From Candidatus Marinacidobacterales bacterium (GTDB lineage: Bacteria > Acidobacteriota > Vicinamibacteria > Marinacidobacterales > SMYC01): a stretch of DNA of 64,000 bases. Under the pieces are notes generated by a model. That model saw nothing but the letters and a program-made list of their open reading frames with translations. It was not told the DNA's origin and made no database searches. The stretch is taken from the NCBI GenBank assembly GCA_965237955.1, contig OZ250169.1, positions 6,624,001 through 6,688,000 on the forward strand, given 5' to 3'. Positions within the stretch are counted from its first letter, which is position 1. Each line of letters opens with the position of its first letter. Below are positions 48,942 through 57,771 of this stretch, piece after piece. A program made the position numbers and the translations under genes.

Positions 48942-49132
48942 CTTACTTCTTCTTGACGTAGCTCGAGTGGAGCGGCCGGTTGTCCCCGCGGACTCGGTAC
49001 TCGAAGATGGCCGCGTCGACGTTTTCCGACGAGCGCCGCTCCATGGTTTTGGAAATCGACTCCGTCCGGACGGAGGACGTGAGAAAAAAATAAGCTTGAC
49101 TAGCGGTGCAGCTATGTTATAGAGTGACCAGC

Positions 49133-49336
49133 ATGGGATACGTGACAAAGCTGCAGGTGATCAAGCGAGCCAACGACACCCGTCAGTTCTATGTGATTTG
49201 CCCGTCACCTTTAGCCCAGGCGCTAGAGATGGAGCCGGGCGAGGAGCTGGAGTGGGTGGTGGAGGATCGAAACACACTGATTGTGCGTCGGACGCCTAAG
49301 GCAAAGCGTGGGAGGAAGCGGGGTAAACGTGGGTGA
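49133..49336 (+). CDS. Small AbrB/SpoVT-like DNA-binding protein carried by the IS1182 element
   Basis: MGYVTKLQVIKR...QFYVICPSPLAQALEMEPGEELEWVVED; promoter TTGACT-18-TAGAGT. Confidence 0.7.
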   Translation: MGYVTKLQVIKRANDTRQFYVICPSPLAQALEMEPGEELEWVVEDRNTLIVRRTPKAKRGRKRGKRG

Positions 49337-49899
49337 TAAGCAAACGTCACTTCCAGGCTTTCCGAGTCCGCGAAAACGCAGCGATGGTGATGACGGCGAT
49401 GAGGGAGCGCGCGTGACACAAGCTCGGTTGAAGGTGGTCGATAGGGCGCAGCTGCTGCTGCGGACGGTCGACGTGGAGCGTTTGATCCCAGAGGATCACC
49501 CAGCGCGTGCGATCTGGGAGTTCGTGGGTCGGCCGGATCTCAGCGGGTACACGGATCAAGTCCGCTCGGTCGCGGGTGGCGCAGGCCGGCCTGCGTTTGA
49601 TCCTCAGCTACTGGTGAGCCTGTGGGTCTACAGCTACAGCCAAGCCGTGAGTTCGGCCCGCGCGGTTGAGCGGCTGTGCGAACATCATCCGGCGTATCAA
49701 TGGCTCAGCGGAATGCAGAGCATCAGTGCGCACACGCTGTCGGACATTCGGATGATTCATAGGGAGATCCTGGACGAGTTGTTTGTGCAAGCTCTGGGAG
49801 TTCTGAGTTCGGACGGATTGATCACGCTCGAGCGAGTCATGCTGGATGGGACGAAGGTGCGCGCGAACGCTTCGTCGAGTGGATTTCGCCGCAAGCCGA

Positions 49900-51344
49900 G
49901 GAGATGCCCCTGAGATAGTTGAAGGTTAGGAGTGGCGGCTCCTAAGGCCGGGTTCGATAGAATCCGGCTGTGAAGGAAAAAGAAAGGAGCCACCACGATG
50001 TCAAATTACCAAATCATCGATGCGAAGAACAGGAAGAAGCTTCGAGAGATACTGAGCTCGAAGGGGCAAGCTCTGTTGCCGTTCTTGGATGCGATTGAGC
50101 GAACCGAGATAGCGATCGACGAAGTGATCGACGTTGCTGGCCGAGCGACGATCGAAGCGGTCTTGGATCTGTCAGCCCAAAGTGTGGCTGGGGAGAAACA
50201 CCCGGGGAAGAAGGGTAGCGATGTTCGCTGGCACGGCCGGCAGGGTGGCGTAGTAAGCCTTGCGGAGCGGAAGTTGAGAGTGAGCCGGCCACGTCTGCGG
50301 CGTAAGGGAAAGGCAGAGGGAGGGGAGGTTGCGATTCCTGCCTACGAAGCGGTGAACAACTCGTCTCGGCTGAGCCAACGCATCTGGGAAATCCTGATGC
50401 TGGGTGTGTCGACGCGCAAGTACGCGTCGGTTCTTCCCGAGATGGCGGAGACGGTAGGGGTTAGCAAGAGCGAGGTGAGCCGTGAGTTCGTGGAAGCAAG
50501 CGCGGAGCAGTTGCAGGGGCTGATGGAGCGTCCGCTGGACGAGCTGGAGATCGCGGTCGTGTACCTGGACGGGATTCGCTTCGGCGAGCACCACGCGCTG
50601 GCGGCAATCGGCGTAGATACAGAGGGATACAAGCATGTTCTGGGGCTTCGGGATGGAGCATCGGAGAACCAGATAGTGTGCAAGGCGCTGCTGGAGGACC
50701 TGGTCGAACGAGGCCTGAGCCCAGAGCGGTGTCGGCTGTTCGTGATCGATGGCTCCAAGGCGCTACGGGTCGCCGTCGACGCTGTGTTCGGTACCCACAA
50801 CAAGGTCCAGCGTTGCAGGAAGCACAAGGAGCGCAATGTGCTCGGTTATCTGCCGCAGGAGCTGAAGCCGCAAGTGCAAGCGAGCCTGCGTTCGGCCTGG
50901 CAGCTCCCAGCAAAGAAGGGCAAAGCGCGGTTGGAGCAACAGGCGAAGTGGCTCGAGGACGACTACCCCTCGGCGGCGGAGAGCATCCGGGAGGGGCTCG
51001 ACGAGATGTTCACCATCAACGAGCTCGACCTCCCCGCATCTCTGAAACGCTGCCTTGGATCGACGAACATCATCGAGTCGTGCTTCAGCGGTGCGCGAGG
51101 TCGTACCCGTCGCGTCACCCGCTGGCGCAATGGCAAGATGGTTCTGAGATGGGCCGCTTCGGCTCTGCTCGCCACGGAGAAAAATTTCCGTCGTATCATT
51201 GGATACCAATCGCTACCGATCCTCGAAGCGAAGTTAGCGGAGGTCACTGAGAATCAAGCGCTCGACAAGCACGCCAAAGTCGGGTAAACCATGTGTCAGG
51301 AGCCGCCACCACCTCGAACCTCCAACTATGCTGGGGGCACCTCC
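49900..51344 (+). mobile_element. IS256-family element, copy 2 (1445 bp, 8-bp TSD CAAGCCGA)
   Basis: Near-identical to copy 1; TSD at 49892-49899 and 51345-51352. Confidence 0.95.
49998..51287 (+). CDS. IS256-family transposase
   Basis: 429 aa; two aa differences from copy 1 (H4Y, FGVHH/FGEHH). Confidence 0.95.
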   Translation: MSNYQIIDAKNRKKLREILSSKGQALLPFLDAIERTEIAIDEVIDVAGRATIEAVLDLSAQSVAGEKHPGKKGSDVRWHGRQGGVVSLAERKLRVSRPRLRRKGKAEGGEVAIPAYEAVNNSSRLSQRIWEILMLGVSTRKYASVLPEMAETVGVSKSEVSREFVEASAEQLQGLMERPLDELEIAVVYLDGIRFGEHHALAAIGVDTEGYKHVLGLRDGASENQIVCKALLEDLVERGLSPERCRLFVIDGSKALRVAVDAVFGTHNKVQRCRKHKERNVLGYLPQELKPQVQASLRSAWQLPAKKGKARLEQQAKWLEDDYPSAAESIREGLDEMFTINELDLPASLKRCLGSTNIIESCFSGARGRTRRVTRWRNGKMVLRWAASALLATEKNFRRIIGYQSLPILEAKLAEVTENQALDKHAKVG

Positions 51345-53436
51345 CAAGCCGACGGTCGAAGAGTGTCTGGAGCAGGCGCGTGAGGCGGTAGAGACTCTCA
51401 ACGCCCAGACGGAGGAGGAATCGAGCCGGCAGATGCAGGCAGCGCAGCAACGCGCCAGGCGAGAGAGACAGGATCGTCTAGAATCAGCGTTGAAGGAGTA
51501 TGACAAGCTGAAAGCCGCGAAAAGCCGCATAGACCGCGTGAGCACGACCGATCCCGACGCGCGGGTGATGAAGCAAGCCGAGGGCGGCTCCGCACCTAAC
51601 TACAACGTCCAAGTCTCAACGGATGCCGCACACGGCCTGATTGTCGACATCGATGCCACGCAGGCCGGTAGCGATTATCAGCAGCTGACGCCGGCCATAG
51701 AACGGATTGAGCAGAGCATGCAGCGTGCGCCCGAGCAGATGGTCGTAGATGGAGGCTACATTAGTAGCAACAACATCGCGGAGATGGCGAAGCGCGGCAT
51801 CGATCTCGTCGGCCCCGACCACGAGAACAAGGCAGCAGAGGCCAATCGGCGCAAGTCGTATAAGCACCACGGCGTGAAAGCGGAATACGAGGCGTCGAAG
51901 TTTGTCTTCGATACGCAGACCAACATGTATGTGTGCCCGCAGGGCAAGCACTTACGCTACGACGCCAAGCAGGAAAGCCATGGCACGATGCGCTATCGAT
52001 ATAAGGCGTCTAAGCAAGACTGCCAGACGTGTCCGGCCAAAGAGCAGTGTTGTCCTCGTACGCAGCACGGCCGCTCGATCGAGCGGCGCGAACTCTTGCC
52101 CGACATAGCCGCGTTCCGGAAGAAGATGCAGACCGACGAAGCCAAGGCCATCTATAAGACACGCTCGCAGGTGGCCGAGTTTCCGAATCTCTGGATCAAA
52201 ACCAAGTTCGGCCTGCGGCAGTTTAGCGTGCGCGGAGTCGCCAAAGTGCGCATTGAATCTCTGTGGGTCGCCCTCACCTACGATATCTTGCAGTGGATTC
52301 GCCTCCGCTGGAGGCCGAAGATGGTATCGACACTCGTGCCGACGTGAGCGCGTTGAGCACACGCAGCCCGACTTGTTAAAGCGCTAGCAATACGCACCAA
52401 CGAAACGCCGATACGATATCGGGTGAATCCGTACCGCGCGGACCCGACCCCCTAGTTGACAGAAGTGTGGACCAACCATCCCCATCTCCCTTGGGAAACG
52501 CGATTTTTTCTCACGTCCGGAGTCACCCTCGGCGAGGAAGCGCTTCACGTCATCGAGCTCCGGTGCCTCGCCACTCGGAGACTCTCCAGCCAGAATCGAC
52601 TCTTGCGCGTACGAGTCCAATACCTTGCGGACCAGTTTTTGGAACAGCTCGTGCGATCCGTAGACGTCCGCGCCGACGAGCTCACCGTCGATGGCAACCA
52701 CGACACCGATGGCGTCGTCGTGTGCAACCACTTGCGGCAAGAGAATCTCGACGTAGTCCGCACGCTTGGCCTTGAGCGTCTCGTTGTCGACGATCGCGCT
52801 ATAAGTGCCGGAGGCGGACAAGCTCGGAGACGGCGCCGCCACGTAGGTCGCAACTTGCGCCTCGGTCTCGGCAACCGCGTTCCAGACGCCCCGCTGGCTT
52901 TGCTCGGCCTGGATGGTTCTTTTGAGCGCCGCGCCGCTCACCATGGCGTCGCTCAGTGAGAACGCCATGCCACTGGCGCCGTCCGCCGCCCACCGGCCGT
53001 GCTCGACACAAAACGCGTCGATGGTGACCGGCGTCGACCGCGGCGGAAGAACGACATCGGTGGCGATGGTGCGGTCCTGCTTACCGCCGCGGATGACGTC
53101 GCCAACGTGAAGGAACAGAAACTCGTCGGAGCCGTTCTCGACCTCGAGCGTGTTGACCTCGCCGCTCCCGCGCTCGCGGACTTTGACGGCCCCGCTCTTC
53201 AAACCTTCGTCGAGAGTGATGTAGGACCGCGTGTCAGCCTGCGGACCGTGCACCACGTAGACCGCGAGCTTCCCGTGAGTGTAGGGTCCTTCGACTTTCG
53301 GGGGCGCCATGATCAGAAACGCCGCTAGGACAGAAATAGAGTGCATGATTTCCTCCCGGGCGGCGGCGCTCTCTGGAGTATAGACACACGCCCCGCCTCA
53401 AAGGTCCTACTTCGGGAGGAGGGAGATTATTCCCTA

Positions 53437-54619
53437 GTCCCCTGGAACAGAAAAAGCTAGACAACACCGGCCCTTCTGTGATCTGCTAAATGCATGAAAC
53501 ACAAGGGCCGGCGAAAAGCCGAATTGAAGCTGTCGTCTCAAGAAAGCGAAGCGCTGACGCGACTGGCGCGACGCAGCCGTAGTTCGCCGCACCAAGCCTT
53601 CCGAGCGAAGATCGTGCTGGATTGCGCGGCGGGTCTGACGAATATGGAAGTTGCTAGGAAGATGCACACCATGAGGAGCACGGTGGGCAAGTGGCGAAGA
53701 CGCTTTGTAGAACAACGAATGGAAGGGTTGTACGACGAACCTCGGCCGGGAGCGGCTCGCAAAATCGGCGATGACCAGATCGAGGAAGTCGTGACCAAGA
53801 CGCTGGAGACGACTCCAAAGGGGAGAACCCATTGGAGTACGCGCTCGATGGCCAAGCATCTTGGGCTGAGTCATTCGACGATTGGACGTATTTGGCGAAC
53901 GTTCGGGCTTCAACCGCACCGCTCGGAATCGTTTCGTCTCTCGCAAGACCCACAACTGGTCGAAAAAGTACGCGACGTTGTTGGCCTGTATATGAACCCA
54001 CCGGATAACGCGGTCGTCCTGTGCGTCGACGAGAAATCGCAGATTCAAGCGCTCGAGCGTGCTCAACCTGTCCTGCCCATGAGCTTGGGCCAGCCCGAGC
54101 GACAAACCCACGACTACATTCGGCATGGAACGACTGACCTGTTTGCCGCACTCGACGCCGCAACAGGTGAAGTCTTCGGAAAGTGCTACGCGCGACATCG
54201 AGCGCTAGAGTTCAAGAAGTTCCTCGCTGAGATCGAAGCAGCCGTTCCCAGCGAGTTGGACATCCACGTCGTGCTCGACAATCTCGCCACGCACAAGACA
54301 CCGGCGATCAAACGCTGGCTTTCCAAGCGACCTCGGTTCCACTTTCACTTCACACCGACACACGCCTCTTGGCTCAACTTCGCTGAGCGCTTCTTTGGCT
54401 TGCTCACCGAACACGCCTTGCGACGAGGCTCGCACACGAGCGTGCCTCAGCTCCGCGTTGCGATACAAGACTATCTCGATGCTCACAACGAGAACCCAAA
54501 GCCGTTCAAGTGGACGAAATCCGCCGACCAAATCCTCGAAACCATCGCTCGGTTCGCCCAGCGAACGCTCGATACACATGGCAAATCGAATTTGGACAGT
54601 AATTAAAGATCCGGGGGAC
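53437..54619 (+). mobile_element. IS630-family element (TA duplication)
   Basis: Ends TA-GTCCCCTGGA / TCCGGGGGAC-TA. Confidence 0.88.
53494..54606 (+). CDS. IS630-family transposase
   Basis: [42 protein letters not shown]. Confidence 0.95.
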   Translation: MKHKGRRKAELKLSSQESEALTRLARRSRSSPHQAFRAKIVLDCAAGLTNMEVARKMHTMRSTVGKWRRRFVEQRMEGLYDEPRPGAARKIGDDQIEEVVTKTLETTPKGRTHWSTRSMAKHLGLSHSTIGRIWRTFGLQPHRSESFRLSQDPQLVEKVRDVVGLYMNPPDNAVVLCVDEKSQIQALERAQPVLPMSLGQPERQTHDYIRHGTTDLFAALDAATGEVFGKCYARHRALEFKKFLAEIEAAVPSELDIHVVLDNLATHKTPAIKRWLSKRPRFHFHFTPTHASWLNFAERFFGLLTEHALRRGSHTSVPQLRVAIQDYLDAHNENPKPFKWTKSADQILETIARFAQRTLDTHGKSNLDSN

Positions 54620-54657
54620 TAGGGAATGGGAACCAGCCGCTCGAGCTCGTCGAACCA
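54619..54657 (-). pseudogene. Displaced original 3' tail of the kinase/propeller gene (WFDELERLVPIP*)
   Basis: 13 codons that continue ...VVLN from 56250 if the IS110 is removed. Confidence 0.7.
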
Positions 54658-54677
54658 GGATCGAAAAACATCTATCG

Positions 54678-55955
54678 TCATGCTGGATCTCCCCGTAGAG
54701 AAGGCTCGATGTGATATCCGAGTTTGCGCAGGTCGCGGATCATATTGGCAATGCGTCGTTTGGAGCGCGCGCGGCTAACGTCGGGGCCACGTTCCTCATA
54801 GTCAACGCCCTGGTGGAGAATCTTCCAGATTAAACGACACAACCGATGGGCAACGGCCCAGATGGCTTGCGCGTGCCCCAGGCGTGGAACCAACCGCCGG
54901 TACACGAGCTGGAAGAAACTCCCTTTGGTCTTGACGGCCGCGTTGGCGGCTTGATTGAGGAGGCGGCGCATCGGCCGACTGCCTTTGGGCGAGCGATGGC
55001 TGTAGCTTTTGCCGGCGCTTTCGTGCTCTCCGGGGCACACGCCCACCCAGGACGCGAGGTGCTTGGCCGACGGAAACGTCTCGGCGCTCGCCCCGACTTC
55101 CGCGATGATCTGCTGCGCCGAATCCACGCCGAGCCCAGGCACTTCAGCGAGTCGTTGCACAGCTGCTTGATGCTCGCCGAGCAGATGCGCCATCTCTTCA
55201 TCGAGTTGCGCGCTCTGCTCTTCGAGCAATCGTAATTCCTCGAGCGTCATTTGCACGAGCTTCCGATAGACGGGGTTGAGATCGGCACACGCGCCGAGCG
55301 CATCGCACAACTGCTCGGGCGTGGCACGCAATCGACGGTCGGCCAACTCCGCCAAGCGGGCCGGCTCCGTTTCCCCGTCCGCCAAGGCTTGCAACATCCG
55401 CCGCGCACTCAGCCCCAGAAGATCCGACACCAGGCTCGACAACTTTAGATGCGCTTCCTCCAGCAACGACTCTAGGCGGTTTTGGAGCTGAACCCGGTTA
55501 CGCGTGAACTGGTACTTGCGGCGCATCACCGTTCGCCACAGGCGCTGCTCCGGCTCGGGAACGAAGCTTAGAGTCAGCTCCTGCGCCACCAAACGCTTCA
55601 CCAATCGTTCGGCATCCGGAAAATCCCGCTTCCGACCCCGCGCGCCGCGATTCGACTTTGCTTGCGCCAGATGCAAGTTGCCCGACTGCGCACCCGCGCC
55701 CGGCCGAGCTCGGCACTGCGGAGCCCAGGACCGCTCCAACGCCTCCCACACCGGGCGCCAATATTGCGCGGTCGATTCCATCACTACTTCATCGACCCCC
55801 TCGGCCACCAGCCACTCCGCCAGAGCCCGAAGCTCACTCGGTCTCGTGCCCACACGCCGGCGCGAAAACTTATACTCACCCTCTACTGCGATGTCGGCGA
55901 CCACCACCGCCAGCATCTTCTTGTGAACGTCTATCCCAGCAATCCGGTTTGGCAT
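54678..55955 (-). CDS. IS110-family recombinase/transposase
   Basis: GIDVHK, MESTAQYW, RKRDFPDA (DEDD RuvC-like), VPGLG, SWVGVCPG..ESAG (catalytic Ser); SD GAGGAGG. Confidence 0.95.
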   Translation of the reverse strand: MPNRIAGIDVHKKMLAVVVADIAVEGEYKFSRRRVGTRPSELRALAEWLVAEGVDEVVMESTAQYWRPVWEALERSWAPQCRARPGAGAQSGNLHLAQAKSNRGARGRKRDFPDAERLVKRLVAQELTLSFVPEPEQRLWRTVMRRKYQFTRNRVQLQNRLESLLEEAHLKLSSLVSDLLGLSARRMLQALADGETEPARLAELADRRLRATPEQLCDALGACADLNPVYRKLVQMTLEELRLLEEQSAQLDEEMAHLLGEHQAAVQRLAEVPGLGVDSAQQIIAEVGASAETFPSAKHLASWVGVCPGEHESAGKSYSHRSPKGSRPMRRLLNQAANAAVKTKGSFFQLVYRRLVPRLGHAQAIWAVAHRLCRLIWKILHQGVDYEERGPDVSRARSKRRIANMIRDLRKLGYHIEPSLRGDPA

Positions 55956-55964
55956 CGCTCCTCC

Positions 55965-56170
55965 TCATCGCCGCAGCGGAGCGCGTGCTAATCAACTTCA
56001 TTAATCAGGATCTCAGGCTCGCACCGTGGACAAAGCGCTCACGGCGACGCCTACTTATTCGCTCTACCAACGCACACGCCGGATCAGCCAGTTGAACGGT
56101 CTCAACGGCCCCACTGGTTCGTCGATCTCACCGCTCCGGACCGCACCAGTCTGCCTTAACCGGAAATGTT
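55965..56170 (-). ncRNA. Candidate IS110 bridge RNA
   Basis: Structured non-coding end containing CGAACCAG (56121-56114) and TCAACTGG (56095-56088), which match the insertion site, and GATCCTG (56012-56006), complementary to the element end. Confidence 0.7.
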
Positions 56171-56210
56171 TTTCATGTTCTTTCGCGAGCTGCGTCCATC
56201 ACATCCCCAC

Positions 56211-56360
56211 TCAATTCACCGGAACCAGCCTAAGCAGCTCTTCGTGCCAGTTGAGCACGACGTTTATCTGCTCGGTCGGTCGCTCGACGCGGAGCATGAG
56301 AAAGCGCTGACCGTCCGCGCTCACGTCGTAGTCCGGCGGATTGACAGTTGCTCGGGGCGA
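56211..56360 (-). pseudogene. 3' remnant of a Ser/Thr kinase-TolB-like beta-propeller gene
   Basis: YDVSADGQRFLMLR...INVVLNWHEELLRLVPVN*. Confidence 0.75.
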
Positions 56361-56620
56361 TCGGTTGTCGCGGAAAGAACCTCGACAATTAGACAGGGGC
56401 GCTCCTTGAAGTAAGACTCCCGGTCATCGGAATCGCAAGTGACGAATACGTCCGGATAGTAGTAGACGTCGGCCGCTCGGACGCGGACCTTCATGTCCGC
56501 CATGAAAACACGACAAGGCCGACCGCGGAGGTGCTCGCGGAGTCCGGATGCGATGTTCAAAGAGATGATCTCCTGGACCAGGTGCTCGTCGCGCACTCGC
56601 TCGAGAGATGGATCTCCCAG
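56360..56620 (-). pseudogene. Truncated Uma2-family endonuclease
   Basis: ISLNIAS..RPCRVFMADMKVR..YYYPDVFVTC..PCLIVEVLSATTDR, then lost. Confidence 0.75.
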
Positions 56621-56648
56621 GCTGACTCCAGCTCGTATAGCTACGAGC

Positions 56649-57587
56649 TTAGGGCGCCGTTGCGGTTGCGCGCGGCCGGTTTCTCGGGTCGAACGAACGG
56701 TAGTACTCGAGGATGTAATCGAGCGGATGGGCCGTTCGAACGTCCACCCACACCTCGTAGTGGAGGTGCGGTGCCCGGCTGCGACCGGTACTGCCGACGT
56801 AGCCGATGACGTCGCCGCGCTTCACCCGCGTTCCTGCCTTGACAGCGAACTTCGAGAGGTGCGCGTAGCGGGTCATCATGTCGAACTTGTGGTCGATAAC
56901 GACGATGTTGCCGTAGGTGCCGCGACGTGCCGCGTAAAGTACGATGCCATCGGCGGTCGCCACGATCGGACGACCCGCGGGCGTAGAGATGTCGATGCCG
57001 AAGTGCATCGCTCGCACCCCGGTGAAGGGGTCCTTCCGATACCCGTAGGTCGAGGAAAAATACCCTCGTACCGGCCAGATGGACGGCGTCGACGCGAGCA
57101 TCACCGTGTTCTGAGCATAGAAGCGCTCGAGCACGCGGCTTTGCTCTTCCAAGTCGGTCAGCTCACCACGCATGCGTTCCAGCTCGTCTTTCACTTGACC
57201 GTATGCGCTCGTGGGCGGGTTGAACTCCAGGTCCGCCGGTCCGCCGACTCCCCCATCGGCTGACGCCGCTCCCTCGCCGAGCCCCGCCATGACCGACAGC
57301 TTCATGACGAAGTCTTCGAGAGACACGACCTGCTCGTTCAAATGCTCGACCGAAACCTCGTAGTCGAGGTTCTGCCGCTTTAATTCCGCGTTGCCGAGCC
57401 GAAGCTCCCGGAGCTCTGTAAGTTCCTGATAAAAAATAAAATAGTGCGCAGTTAGTGCTCCGGCTACGATCACCGCCGCCCCGGCGAGAACGGCTAGCGT
57501 CTTGAGGGCCCCCGCAGTCAGACGCCATTTCTTGTGCCGCTCCCCAGTGTGAGGAACGAAAATTAACGTATACGAACGTTTCATCAT
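56649..57587 (-). CDS. M23 family metallopeptidase
   Basis: TM + coiled coil; PSIWP, HFGID, YAHL, HLHYEV. Confidence 0.92.
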   Translation of the reverse strand: MMKRSYTLIFVPHTGERHKKWRLTAGALKTLAVLAGAAVIVAGALTAHYFIFYQELTELRELRLGNAELKRQNLDYEVSVEHLNEQVVSLEDFVMKLSVMAGLGEGAASADGGVGGPADLEFNPPTSAYGQVKDELERMRGELTDLEEQSRVLERFYAQNTVMLASTPSIWPVRGYFSSTYGYRKDPFTGVRAMHFGIDISTPAGRPIVATADGIVLYAARRGTYGNIVVIDHKFDMMTRYAHLSKFAVKAGTRVKRGDVIGYVGSTGRSRAPHLHYEVWVDVRTAHPLDYILEYYRSFDPRNRPRATATAP

Positions 57588-57686
57588 TTCGGACCCATAG
57601 ATAATTTCGTGTTAAGTACTGCCGGAATTTAGATTTACGGAAGAGATGACTGAAGACGAGTCACCCGGCCTACAAAAAGTGCACGA

Positions 57687-57715
57687 GTTCTACTACGGCC
57701 GAACGATTGTGTCAA
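57687..57715 (-). promoter_or_regulatory. Sigma70-type promoter for the M23 gene
   Basis: TTGACA-17-TAGAAC within an AT-rich intergenic region. Confidence 0.5.
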
Positions 57716-57771
57716 GGATAACATATGCAGGAGGGAAGGTAAACCCTTATGGGAAAGGCATTTGCCTCAGA

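Larger units (their letters stand above)
49329..52347 (+). pseudogene. IS1182-family transposase split by IS256
   Basis: LIPEDHPAR, GRPAFDP, DGTKVRANA | STTDPDAR, YNVQ, VDGGY, CPQG..C..C..C; removing the IS restores FRRKPTVEECL. Confidence 0.9.
49075..52518 (+). mobile_element. IS1182-family element (interrupted by IS256)
   Basis: 15-bp perfect IRs GGACGTGAGAAAAAA / TTTTTTCTCACGTCC; flanking GGA duplication at 49072-49074 and 52519-52521. Confidence 0.88.
48943..53346 (-). pseudogene. Exported DUF6569/ARPP-1-like protein gene interrupted by IS1182
   Basis: YITLDEGL, GGKQDR, FCVEHGRW, Q.GVW, ADVY; removing 49075-52521 restores ...AEGDSVRTESISK...PLHSSYVKKK* (stop 48943). Confidence 0.82.
54655..56250 (-). 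mobile_element. IS110-family element bounded by CCAG cores
   Basis: CCAG at 54655-54658 and 56247-56250; excision regenerates VVLNWFDELERLVP; no terminal IRs seen. Confidence 0.7.

Noticed and set aside
36283-51344. Composite transposon or inversion bounded by the two inverted IS256 copies (enclosing secA and guaB)
   Set aside because: Each copy has its own matching 8-bp TSD, so they are independent insertions with no rearrangement between them.
56229-56237. Alternative IS110 end at TAAGCAG (partial match to TAAGTAG in the donor loop)
   Set aside because: Excision there gives a nonsense reading frame, whereas the CCAG boundary at 56247-56250 restores the conserved motif and matches the target guides.
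57735-57770. GGTAAACCC...GGGAAAGG resembling a c-di-GMP-I riboswitch
   Set aside because: No GNRA-capped stem or GACGCAAAGC segment, and it is antisense to the flanking genes.
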